A stretch of DNA of 64,000 bases, from contig JAZNTX010000021.1 in assembly GCA_045591965.1 (NCBI GenBank), forward strand, positions 66,331 through 130,330. The letters are read 5' to 3'. Positions 17,918-27,288 of the stretch are shown piece by piece. Under the pieces are notes generated by a model. The model was not told where the DNA came from, did not search any database, and saw only the letters and a program-made list of their open reading frames with translations. This DNA comes from Tidjanibacter sp. Lineage in GTDB: Bacteria > Bacteroidota > Bacteroidia > Bacteroidales > Rikenellaceae. Every line of letters begins with the position of its first letter. The first letter of the stretch is position 1. Position numbers and translations under genes: made by a program.

Positions 17918-20812
17918 ATGCAAAAATTCTTAGAGAGCGTTGCCGCCGACCTCTGGGAGAGGTATGGCGAGAGGGTTGGGGAGTTGAAAGTTATCCTCCC
18001 CAATACTCGTACTCGTATATTTTTTGTGGATGCACTCTCGAAGATTGCCCACAAACCACTCTTTTCGCCCGAGTTTCTCTCTATCGACTCGTTGATGGTG
18101 AGTCTTGCAGGGTTGGAGAGGGTAGACCCTATTGTGGCTATTACAGAACTCTTTAATATATACTCGTCGTTCCACAAGGAGGAGAGTTTCGATACCTTCT
18201 ATCGCTGGGGTGAGGTGCTCCTCAACGACTTTGATGCGGTGGATAAATATCTGATCGACGCAGAGATGCTCTTTTGTAATATTGCTGACCTGAGGGATGT
18301 GGATGCCGACCTGCTCTCTTATATGAGTGAGGAACAGTTGAAGATGGTAGGTCGTTTTTGGCGAGAGTTCGATGCCGAACACCGCACCTCGAAGCACAAA
18401 GAGCGTTTTCTCTCCATTTGGCGCACGCTGCTACCAATCTATAACACTTTCCGCCAAAAACTCTCCAAAGAGGGAGTGGGGTATACTGGTATGATATACC
18501 GTCGTGCAGCGGAGAGGTTGCGCTCAAGCGAGGCTCAACTACCCCAAGGAGGGTGGGTTATTTTAGGTTTCAATGCCCTTTCGGCAGCCGAAAATGTGCT
18601 CTTCGACCACCTGAAAAATGCCCACGAAGCGGATTTCTATTGGGATGCCGACGACTATTATCTTAAAGACGAAAACCAAGAGGCAGGACTCTTTGCAAGA
18701 GAGAATGTAAGACGCTATCCTATGCCCGCAACATTCTCACTCGATAGTTGTTTTGCAAAGCCTAAGACCATAAATGTTATCTCAACCCCCTCCGACTCAC
18801 TACAGTGTAAGTATGTGGGCGAGTTTGTGGAGGAGATTGTGCAGAGCGAGGGAAGAATAGATAGAAATACTGCCATTGTGCTGACCAATGAGGGGCTGCT
18901 GTCGCCCCTGCTCTATTCGTTGCCCGACAGTGTGGGAGAGGTTAATATCACTATGGGATATCCGCTCAGAGCGACGCTGTCATATAGTTTTGTGGAGCGA
19001 CTCCTGCAACTCCAACTACGAGCCCGTACTAATCGCTCCGGAGCATTGTCGTTCTATCACTCGGATGTAGAGGGACTTCTCGCGCACCCACTCATAATGG
19101 CTGCCGAAGGTCAGGTGTGCGCTACTCTGAGGGAAGAGATTGTGAATCGAGGGCGTATCTATGTTGCCGAAGAGTACCTCGTAGGGCGAGCGCCCTTGTT
19201 GGATAAAATTTTTACCTTCCACGAGGAGTGGCAGTCGCTCGGAGGTTACCTATTAGAGGTTATTGGCGAGGTGGCTCGCTTGGAGGTATCCCACCAGAGT
19301 GTCGAGCGAAGGGCTCTTAGCAGGGAGTGTTTCGGACTTATTGCTGAAATTGTGGTAAAGACCGATAATTCGCTACATCGCTGTGGTGTGGAGATGAAAA
19401 AGACCACCTATGCAGCACTCCTAAGGCGTGTGTTGCAGGGCGTTAGGGTGCCTTACAAGGGCGAGCCGCTCGGTGGTGTGCAGGTGATGGGTATTCTCGA
19501 AACCCGAAACCTCGATTTTAGGAATGTGGTGTTGTTATCAATGAATGATGATAACTTTCCTTCGGGGCGCATTACGGATACCTCTTTCATCCCCTACAAC
19601 TTGCGCTATGCTTATGGTATGCCCACTCCGCGTCACAACGAGGGTGTTTATGCCTACTACTTCTACCGCCTTTTGCAGCGTGCCGAGAGGGTCGATTTGG
19701 TCTACTGCTCGGTGGCTACCGAGAGGGCTACGGGCGAGCCAAGTCGTTATATCTACCAACTCGACTACGAGAGCCCCCACACACTCACCCGCATCGAAAA
19801 GAGCCTCAATGTGAGCCTTGCCGAGGAGCGTAGGCTTATGGTCGAAAAGCGTGGCGAGGAGTTGCGTCGCTTGGAGGAGTTTTTAGTAGACGATATGGGG
19901 GGGACAAAACGCCGCTTGTCGCCCTCTACCTTCAATAATTATATGGAGTGCTCCTTGAAGTTCTACTTTAAGGCAATTGCAGGCATTCGCACCGAGGAAG
20001 AGATTGAGGAAGGGGTGGATAACGCACTCTTTGGTACTATTTTCCACAAGGCTATGCAACTACTCTATGAGCCTATGGAGGGGTGTAAACTCGCTCCTCG
20101 CGACTACCTCCCCGAGATTGATGCCAATAGGGTGCACGAGGTTGTGGTTAGGGCTATAACAGAGGAGTACTATGGTGGCGAGAGCGTGCCCGAAGAGGAG
20201 TATGGTGGCAATGTCATTGTCGTGAGGGATACGGTCGAGAAATATATCCTCTTATGCGTTGTACCCTTCGATAGTGCACCCGAGAGGGGCGACTACCGCA
20301 TCTATGCACTCGAACGGGAGATGGCGAGCGACTTCTGTTTCGACAAGGGTAGGAGTGTGCGCTTCTATGGCTTCTCGGACCGCATAGACAAGATGCCCGA
20401 CGGCTCGCTGAGGATTGTGGATTATAAGACGGGCTCACTACATAGGGACTTTGCGGGACTCTCGGCACTGCTATCGCGTTTGCCGGAGGGCCGCAATGGC
20501 GCAGTGTTGCAAACACTTATCTATTCTATGGTGGCGGAGCGTATGCAACACCGCGGAGAACTCGAAGGCTCGGGTGTGGCTCCTTCGCTCTACTATGTGC
20601 GCTACCTCGGCAAGGAGGAGTATTCGCCACTGCTCAACGATAAATCGGTAGGGCGCGAGGTGAATTCCTATGCCGACTATCGCGAGGAGTTCGAGGCACA
20701 CTTGGCTGCAACCCTCCGCGAACTCTTCGACCCCGCAGTCCCCTTTGTCGCCACCGAGGATAAAAAGGTGTGCCAATGGTGCGACTTCGCCAAAATCTGC
20801 CATCGGGGGTAG
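17918..20812 (+). CDS. AddB-like PD-(D/E)XK nuclease protein
   Basis: QVMGILETRNLDF, LSPSTFNNYMEC.LKFY, DRID...RIVDYKTG, C-terminal CQWCDFAKIC Fe-S cysteines. Confidence 0.85.
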   Translation: MQKFLESVAADLWERYGERVGELKVILPNTRTRIFFVDALSKIAHKPLFSPEFLSIDSLMVSLAGLERVDPIVAITELFNIYSSFHKEESFDTFYRWGEVLLNDFDAVDKYLIDAEMLFCNIADLRDVDADLLSYMSEEQLKMVGRFWREFDAEHRTSKHKERFLSIWRTLLPIYNTFRQKLSKEGVGYTGMIYRRAAERLRSSEAQLPQGGWVILGFNALSAAENVLFDHLKNAHEADFYWDADDYYLKDENQEAGLFARENVRRYPMPATFSLDSCFAKPKTINVISTPSDSLQCKYVGEFVEEIVQSEGRIDRNTAIVLTNEGLLSPLLYSLPDSVGEVNITMGYPLRATLSYSFVERLLQLQLRARTNRSGALSFYHSDVEGLLAHPLIMAAEGQVCATLREEIVNRGRIYVAEEYLVGRAPLLDKIFTFHEEWQSLGGYLLEVIGEVARLEVSHQSVERRALSRECFGLIAEIVVKTDNSLHRCGVEMKKTTYAALLRRVLQGVRVPYKGEPLGGVQVMGILETRNLDFRNVVLLSMNDDNFPSGRITDTSFIPYNLRYAYGMPTPRHNEGVYAYYFYRLLQRAERVDLVYCSVATERATGEPSRYIYQLDYESPHTLTRIEKSLNVSLAEERRLMVEKRGEELRRLEEFLVDDMGGTKRRLSPSTFNNYMECSLKFYFKAIAGIRTEEEIEEGVDNALFGTIFHKAMQLLYEPMEGCKLAPRDYLPEIDANRVHEVVVRAITEEYYGGESVPEEEYGGNVIVVRDTVEKYILLCVVPFDSAPERGDYRIYALEREMASDFCFDKGRSVRFYGFSDRIDKMPDGSLRIVDYKTGSLHRDFAGLSALLSRLPEGRNGAVLQTLIYSMVAERMQHRGELEGSGVAPSLYYVRYLGKEEYSPLLNDKSVGREVNSYADYREEFEAHLAATLRELFDPAVPFVATEDKKVCQWCDFAKICHRG

Positions 20813-20886
20813 TCTGCTTTTGTAAATTTGAAGGGATGGGGGATAATAATTATCCCCTCTACATTCTAAATTTTCAACTTTATTTG

Positions 20887-20894
20887 TATCTTTG
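20887..20894 (+). promoter_or_regulatory. -7 promoter box for nusB-DUF1573-yajC
   Basis: TATCTTTG 37 nt upstream of ATG 20931. Confidence 0.6.
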
Positions 20895-20930
20895 CGCCCG
20901 AAATTAAAAAAGCAAAATGCGTTCTACACT

Positions 20931-21872
20931 ATGTTTAGCAGAAGATTTTTGAGAATTAAGGTTCTGAAAGCAATCTATGCACACCTCTCGGGTGCTGTCG
21001 AATCTGTTGCAGTAGAGGAGAAAAACCTCCTCAAAGGTATCAATAAATCATACGACCTCTACCCACACATCCTCTCGCTGATAGTTGATGTTAAGCGTTA
21101 TGCCGAAGAGCGCATTGAGATAGGTCTGAAAAAACACCTCCCAACCGCCGAGGAACTCAATCCCAATCGTAAGTTTGTACAAAATGCCGTTGTTGCCCAA
21201 TTGGAGGGTAGCGATGCGTTGGATAGTATGCTCGTGGAACGAAAACTTGGCTGGGCAAATTATCCCGAACTTATCAAACACCTCTACCAAAAGATGACCG
21301 AGTCGGATTACTATACCGACTATATGAACTCCGAAAAGAACTCCTACGCTGAGGATAAAAAACTTGTAGAGGAGTTCTACCTCCAAACCGTGCAGGACAA
21401 CGAGATGCTCTTGGAGGTGTTGGAGGAGAGTTCGATTATGTGGAGCGACGATTTGGACTTTATCCTGATTATGATACTCCGCACAATAGGCAATATGCGT
21501 AAACAGTCGCAACTTGAACTCCTCCCTCAGTATAAAAATGAGGACGACGAAGCCTTTGTGAAGAGTCTTTTCGCTCGTTCTTTGGTTGGCTACGAGGAGA
21601 ACCTTGCAGTTGTGGAGCAGTATACCAAAAATTGGGATGTGGAGCGCATTGCACTGATGGACAATGTGATAATGACTACCGCTATTGCTGAACTTGTGGG
21701 CTTTGACTCCATCCCTGTGAAAGTAACCCTTGATGAGTATATCGAAATATCGAAGTATTACAGCACTCTCGGTAGTAGCACTTTCATCAATGGTATTCTG
21801 GATAAACTCTCGACCGACCTCGTTAAAAATGGCAAGGTTGTGAAGCAGGGTAGGGGCTTGGTGGAGATTTAA
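20931..21872 (+). CDS. nusB: Transcription antitermination factor NusB (long Bacteroidetes form)
   Basis: SRRFLRIKV N-terminus; NWDVERIA, IPVKVTLDEYIEISKYYS, FINGILDK. Confidence 0.9.
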   Translation: MFSRRFLRIKVLKAIYAHLSGAVESVAVEEKNLLKGINKSYDLYPHILSLIVDVKRYAEERIEIGLKKHLPTAEELNPNRKFVQNAVVAQLEGSDALDSMLVERKLGWANYPELIKHLYQKMTESDYYTDYMNSEKNSYAEDKKLVEEFYLQTVQDNEMLLEVLEESSIMWSDDLDFILIMILRTIGNMRKQSQLELLPQYKNEDDEAFVKSLFARSLVGYEENLAVVEQYTKNWDVERIALMDNVIMTTAIAELVGFDSIPVKVTLDEYIEISKYYSTLGSSTFINGILDKLSTDLVKNGKVVKQGRGLVEI

Positions 21873-21877
21873 TTACT

Positions 21878-22324
21878 ATGAGCAGAGAGCAAAATAGAAC
21901 CTATAAGGCAAAATGTCACCTTTGGTTGGTGGCATTTGCTTTTTTGTTGGTCGGGTGTGGTGGAAATAACACAAAGAGAACCACAACCAATACCCTCGAT
22001 GCTCGTACCGTTATAGATGTGTCTGATTGTGCCCGAGTAGATACGCTCAATTTTGGCAGGGTGCGTGCAGGGGAGGTTGTGGAGATTGCTCTCGCCCTTG
22101 CCAATACCTCCGAGAAGCCACTCCTTGTGCTCTCTACCGAAACATCGTGTGGCTGCCTTGAAATGGAGTATCCTCGTGAGCCCTTGGAGGCAGGCGCAAG
22201 TAGTGCTGCAAAGATGACTTTTTACTCTTCGGGATACAATTATTTCGTGCCCCGAGCGTTCTATATTACGACTTCTGCGTCGCAAATTCCCAAGAAATTG
22301 GTGGTTGTCGCTGATATGGAGTAG
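21878..22324 (+). CDS. DUF1573-domain lipoprotein
   Basis: Lipobox LVGC; NFG.V..GE, N.SEKPL, SCGC motif. Confidence 0.8.
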   Translation: MSREQNRTYKAKCHLWLVAFAFLLVGCGGNNTKRTTTNTLDARTVIDVSDCARVDTLNFGRVRAGEVVEIALALANTSEKPLLVLSTETSCGCLEMEYPREPLEAGASSAAKMTFYSSGYNYFVPRAFYITTSASQIPKKLVVVADME

Positions 22325-22405
22325 GGTGGATTTTGATTTTTGAAATTATAACCCTACTTTTGTGCCACGCAAAACCGAAAATTAACACAATAAAAAACAA
22401 AAACT

Positions 22406-22723
22406 ATGACTTTTACTACTATTATGCTCGAAGCCACCGCAGCAGCTGTGCCTGCTCAGCAGGGCTCGATGTGGAGTTCGCTCCTTATGATTGTAATGCT
22501 CTTTGTGGTGATGTACTTCTTTATGATTCGTCCCCAGCGCAAACAGCAGAAAGAGTTGGATAACTTCCGTAACTCGCTCGCCAAAGGTCAGAAGGTGATT
22601 ACCGCTGGCGGTATCTATGGCGTTGTTAAGGAGATTGAGGAGCGCACAATCCTTATGGAGGTAGATGGCAATGTAACACTCCGTGTTGATAAGACTGCCA
22701 TTATGCGCGATCCCCGCCAATAG
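22406..22723 (+). CDS. yajC: Preprotein translocase subunit YajC
   Basis: YFFMIRPQRKQQK, GQKVITAGGIYG. Confidence 0.95.
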   Translation: MTFTTIMLEATAAAVPAQQGSMWSSLLMIVMLFVVMYFFMIRPQRKQQKELDNFRNSLAKGQKVITAGGIYGVVKEIEERTILMEVDGNVTLRVDKTAIMRDPRQ

Positions 22724-22933
22724 AGCATATCTTGTGGGTGCTTTGGGCACCAAAATTCAGAGAGCGACATCCTTATTTGCGCTAAGCAAATTGCGGTGTC
22801 GCTCTTTTTTTCGGGGGGCACAAACATCCACCTTGCAATGTGCGCTCTATAAAGCCATGGGCGTAAATATGCTAAGTATCTCTTCTTCCCTCCGACTTGG
22901 AAATAAATAATTCTAAACTTACAACTTTTTTAT

Positions 22934-22941
22934 TATCTTTG
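22934..22941 (+). promoter_or_regulatory. -7 promoter box for glnA
   Basis: TATCTTTG 50 nt upstream of the ATG. Confidence 0.55.
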
Positions 22942-22990
22942 TGGATGTGAATGGAGAAATATCTAAATAAAAACTTATAACTACCAAATT

Positions 22991-24493
22991 ATGAACAAGT
23001 ACGCAATTCACCCCAATCCTCTCGTGAGATTTCTCGAAAAGGAGCCCAAAGAGTTTACAAAAGAGGATATAATCCGCTTTATTGTTGAGAATGAAATCGA
23101 AATGGTCAATTTCCGCTACGCTGCGGCAGACGGAAGGCTCAAATCGCTCAATTTTATAATCAACGACCTCGACTATCTCGACACCATTTTGACCTATGGC
23201 GAGAGGGTGGACGGCTCGAGCCTCTTCCCCAACTTTGTGCAGGCAGGAGCGAGTGACCTCTATGTCATTCCTCGCTATCGTACCGCTTTTCTTAATCCTT
23301 TTAGCGAGATACCCACCGTCGATATTCTGTGTGGTTACTACGACAAAGATGGTAAACCCTTCGCTTCGGCTCCCGACCAAGCACTCCACCGCGCACACAA
23401 CGAGTTTAAGGCTCTGACGGGTATGGAGTTCCATGCTATGGGCGAGTTGGAGTACTATGTTGTAAGCGAAGCAGAGGAACTCTACATTACCCCCGACCAG
23501 CGTGGCTACCACGAGAGCGGTCCCTTCTGCAAGTGGGGTGATATGCGCCGCGAGGCTATGCAGGCAATCGCTGCTGCGGGCGGTAAAATCAAGTATGGTC
23601 ATAGCGAGGTGGGTAACTTTGCGGTGGATGGTAAGATGTATGAGCAGAACGAGATTGAGTTCTTGCCCGTAGATGTCGAGGAGGCTGCCGACCAACTCCT
23701 TATTGCAAAGTGGATTTTGTGGGAGATATCCTATCGCTATGGCGTGTTGCTAACTTTCGCTCCCAAAATTACGGTTGGTAAGGCGGGTAGTGGTATGCAT
23801 ATTCATACCAAAGTGGTTAAGGATGGTAAGAATATGTACCTTAAAGATGGCAAGTTGAGCGATGTGGCTAAGACCGTAATTGCAGGTATCTTGGATGCGG
23901 CAGATGCGCTTACCGCATTTGGTAATACCAACCCAACCTCCTACCTCCGCCTTGTGCCTCATCAGGAGGCCCCTACCAACATCTGCTGGGGCGATAGAAA
24001 CCGCTCGGTGCTTGTGCGTGTGCCCCTCGGTTGGACTTTGGGTGCTGGCGATATGATTAAGGATGCAAACCCCAATGCCACCTTCGTTGTTAAGGAGGCT
24101 ACCGACAAACAGACCGTAGAGTTCCGCTGTCCCGATGGCTCGGCAGATATCTACCTCCTTTTGGCAGGTCTGGTTGCAGCGGCTCGTCATGGCTTCGAGA
24201 TGGAGAATCCTGTGGCATACGCCGAGGAACGCTATGTGGGTGTAAATATCTTCCACGAGGAGCATAAGGCTATTGCTGAGCGACTTGCTCACCTGCCCGA
24301 TTCGTGTGCTGTGTCGGCGGATGCTTTGGAGGCTAAACGCGAGATTTTCGAGTCGAAGGGAGTCTTTGGTACGGCTCTGATAGATGGCTGGATTAAGATG
24401 CTTAGGGCGCACAATGATGGCAATCTGAGAGAAGAGTTGCAAGCCAACCCCGAGAAAGTTAAAGAGTTGGTCAATAAGTTTATAAATGTATAA
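22991..24493 (+). CDS. glnA: Glutamine synthetase, type I family
   Basis: VDGSS, GELEYY, HSEV, FAPK...GSGMHIH, NP..TSY.RLVP..EAP, NRS.L.R.P, VEFRCPD. Confidence 0.9.
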   Translation: MNKYAIHPNPLVRFLEKEPKEFTKEDIIRFIVENEIEMVNFRYAAADGRLKSLNFIINDLDYLDTILTYGERVDGSSLFPNFVQAGASDLYVIPRYRTAFLNPFSEIPTVDILCGYYDKDGKPFASAPDQALHRAHNEFKALTGMEFHAMGELEYYVVSEAEELYITPDQRGYHESGPFCKWGDMRREAMQAIAAAGGKIKYGHSEVGNFAVDGKMYEQNEIEFLPVDVEEAADQLLIAKWILWEISYRYGVLLTFAPKITVGKAGSGMHIHTKVVKDGKNMYLKDGKLSDVAKTVIAGILDAADALTAFGNTNPTSYLRLVPHQEAPTNICWGDRNRSVLVRVPLGWTLGAGDMIKDANPNATFVVKEATDKQTVEFRCPDGSADIYLLLAGLVAAARHGFEMENPVAYAEERYVGVNIFHEEHKAIAERLAHLPDSCAVSADALEAKREIFESKGVFGTALIDGWIKMLRAHNDGNLREELQANPEKVKELVNKFINV

Positions 24494-24593
24494 CTTCTCG
24501 CGTTAGACCAGACAATAGACTACGGGCTCGCTCTGGGCGAGCCCGACTGCTTTGCTACTTTCAACCCTTAAATTTAGTTCTTACCTTGGTGGT

Positions 24594-25559
24594 ATGGAGA
24601 AGATCGACCTTGTATATTTGTGGGTGGATGGTCACGATAGTCAGTGGCAGATGAAGAAAGAGAGGATGCTCGCAGAGAGAGGTGTGAAACCCAATCTGCA
24701 AGCACTTCATAAGGGGCGTTTTGTGGATAATGAGGAGTTGCGCTACTCGCTTCGCTCGGTGGAGATGTATGCTCCGTGGATTAATAAGATATATATCGTA
24801 ACCGACGACCAAATACCCTCGTGGCTCAATACGGAACACCCTAAAATTAAGATGGTGTCGCATAGGGAAATTCTCCCAGCCGAGTGTCTGCCAACCTTCA
24901 ACTCTCACGCTTTGGAGTTGGCTCTGACCAATATCGACGGACTTTCGGAGAGGTTTCTTTATGCCAACGACGATACATTTTTTGCACGCTCCGTAACTCC
25001 CGATTTCTTCTACACTGCAAAGGGGGTGCCCATTGCGCGTTTTTCAAGACGCACGAAGTTTGCAGATACTTCTTTGTATTCGGTTGTGGTGCAGAGGGCT
25101 AAGGAGTTGATTTATAAGAAATATGGCAAACGCTACAAACACAACCCACACCACAATATTGATGCTTACTTAAAGAGCGATGTGGATGCTTGTATTGCCG
25201 AATTTGCCGAGATGGCAGAGTCTACTCGTAGGGAGCCATTCCGTACAGCCCAAGACCTTCAGCGTGTGATTTTCCTCTATTGGGCATTGGCGAATGGTAG
25301 GGCAAAGAGGAAGATTGTGCGCCACTATGGCTCGGCAAAAAGTCTAAAAGAACGCATCGTCTGCCTATTGACAGGGCAGTATTGCGTAGATTCGCGTGCT
25401 TTTAGCCTTCATGGCAAAGGTGTCGAAAAGAGGATTGCAAAATATAACCCTACGCTTATGTGTCTAAATGATACAGAGGAGGCGACGGATGGCTGTCGCA
25501 ACTCAATGAGGGCGTATTTGGAGGTGCGTTTCCCAAATAAAAGTAGTTTTGAGAAATAG
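24594..25559 (+). CDS. Stealth-family hexose-1-phosphate transferase
   Basis: CR1 IDLVYLWVDG; CR2 ELRYSLRS..YAPWI..I.IVTD.Q.P.W, PTFNS..LE, YANDD.F; CR4 CLND. Confidence 0.88.
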   Translation: MEKIDLVYLWVDGHDSQWQMKKERMLAERGVKPNLQALHKGRFVDNEELRYSLRSVEMYAPWINKIYIVTDDQIPSWLNTEHPKIKMVSHREILPAECLPTFNSHALELALTNIDGLSERFLYANDDTFFARSVTPDFFYTAKGVPIARFSRRTKFADTSLYSVVVQRAKELIYKKYGKRYKHNPHHNIDAYLKSDVDACIAEFAEMAESTRREPFRTAQDLQRVIFLYWALANGRAKRKIVRHYGSAKSLKERIVCLLTGQYCVDSRAFSLHGKGVEKRIAKYNPTLMCLNDTEEATDGCRNSMRAYLEVRFPNKSSFEK

Positions 25560-25582
25560 AAACGATTGATAAATAGAGAGAT

Positions 25583-26938
25583 ATGGCAAAGGTTAAGAAG
25601 GCATATTATTGCAAAGAGTGTGGCAATGAGTCGCCCAAATGGTTTGGACAATGCCCTGCATGTGGTGTGTGGGGAAGTTGCTCGGAGGAGGTTATTGCTC
25701 GTGCGGGCGATAGTGTAAAGAACTCTCGAGGGGGCGAAAACCGCCCTCAGAGGATTGCCGATATTGCCGATGCAGACCACAAACGCATTGAACTTTCCAG
25801 TCCGGAGGTCAATAGGGTGCTGGGCGGAGGCTTGGTGCGTGGCTCGTTGGTGTTGCTTGGTGGCGAACCTGGTATTGGTAAGTCTACGCTTTCACTTCAA
25901 CTTGCACTTGCGACAAAGGGCATTAAGACGCTCTATGTCAGCGGCGAGGAGTCCGCTTCGCAAATCAAAATGAGGGCTTCTCGATTGGGCGAGGTTAGCG
26001 ATGATTGTTACATCTACCCCGAAACCCTTTTGGAGAATATTTTGAGCCACGCCGAGGAGATGAAACCCGACTTGGTGGTCATCGACTCCATACAGACTAT
26101 TTATAGTGAGCAGGTTGAGTCCTCGGCAGGTAGCGTGTCGCAAATCCGCGAGTGTGCTGCCCGACTGCTGAAAATGGCAAAGGAGAGCGGTATTTCGGTA
26201 ATAATCATTGGTCATATTACCAAAGACGGAGCCATTGCGGGTCCCAAAATTTTGGAACATATTGTCGATGTTGTCATCTCGTTTGAGGGCGACAATAACA
26301 ATGTCTACCGCCTGCTCCGCGGTATTAAGAACCGATTTGGTGCCACCTTCGAGATAGGTATCTTCGAGATGAGGGAGGAGGGCTTGGTGGAGGTTACTAA
26401 CCCCTCGGAGATACTGCTGAGCCACCCCGAGGAGCCACTTAGTGGTGTGAGTGTGGGTGCTGCGGTTGATGGTATACGCCCCTACCTTATTGAGGTGCAG
26501 GCATTGGTTAGCAATGCGGCATACGGCACTCCCCAACGCTCGGCTACGGGCTACGACTCGCGCAGGCTCAATATGCTACTTGCGGTGTTGGAGAAGAGAG
26601 TAGGAATGAAGATGTTCCAGAAGGATGTCTTTTTGAACTTTGCAGGCGGATTTAAGGTGCAAGATACGGGCTTGGACTTGGCGGTTGTGGGGGCTGTTAT
26701 CTCCTCCTACTTCGATAGGGCTATTGACGAGGGAGTGTGTATGGCTGGCGAGATTGGCTTGTCGGGCGAAGTGCGCCCTGCACCCCGCACAGAACAGAGG
26801 ATTGCCGAGGCAGCCCGCCATGGTTTTCGTAAAATTATTGTCAGCGGCTACCTTGCAGGCAGGGGATTGAAACTTCCCAAGGGTATTGAGGTCGTATTTA
26901 TCAACTCGGTGTCGGAATTGCCTCGCGCAATGTTCTAA
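25583..26938 (+). CDS. radA: DNA repair protein RadA/Sms
   Basis: C4 zinc finger, GEPGIGKST, KNRFG motif. Confidence 0.95.
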   Translation: MAKVKKAYYCKECGNESPKWFGQCPACGVWGSCSEEVIARAGDSVKNSRGGENRPQRIADIADADHKRIELSSPEVNRVLGGGLVRGSLVLLGGEPGIGKSTLSLQLALATKGIKTLYVSGEESASQIKMRASRLGEVSDDCYIYPETLLENILSHAEEMKPDLVVIDSIQTIYSEQVESSAGSVSQIRECAARLLKMAKESGISVIIIGHITKDGAIAGPKILEHIVDVVISFEGDNNNVYRLLRGIKNRFGATFEIGIFEMREEGLVEVTNPSEILLSHPEEPLSGVSVGAAVDGIRPYLIEVQALVSNAAYGTPQRSATGYDSRRLNMLLAVLEKRVGMKMFQKDVFLNFAGGFKVQDTGLDLAVVGAVISSYFDRAIDEGVCMAGEIGLSGEVRPAPRTEQRIAEAARHGFRKIIVSGYLAGRGLKLPKGIEVVFINSVSELPRAMF

Positions 26939-27030
26939 TGCAGACCACGACCATAACATAGTTATGGAGGGTGGTGCGGAATGTTGATAATTTGTTGAGA
27001 AAATAGTTGCGAAAAAGGGTTTGAATTGCA

Positions 27031-27207
27031 TATCTTTGTGGTGTCGGAAAGCAAAATTACGATGTTGATTACAGTGAAAGATATGAATACCGCTGAGATT
27101 AAGGCAAATAGAGAAGTGTTCCTTCAATGTTATTTGGCGTTGATGTGCGGTGTTCGCTCTACTAACGGGGGAAGTGTTTAGCAATAGACACCTCCTCTTT
27201 TGTTTTT
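27031..27207 (+). promoter_or_regulatory. Promoter and leader with a terminator-like hairpin upstream of the TonB receptor
   Basis: TATCTTTG at 27031; hairpin at 27167-27196 (GCAA loop) followed by CTTTTGTTTTT; uORF at 27062-27181. Confidence 0.5.
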
Positions 27208-27288
27208 ATTATGTATAAAGAGAGAAAATAAATTAAAACAAACTTTTATAAACACAATTCATTTTTACCAAACAAAAACAAAAAGAGT

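Noticed and set aside
27039-27047. GGTGTCGG after the -7 box at both 27040 and 52833
   Set aside because: Similarity stops after 8 nt; the TonB leader lacks the other landmarks, so it is not counted as a third copy.
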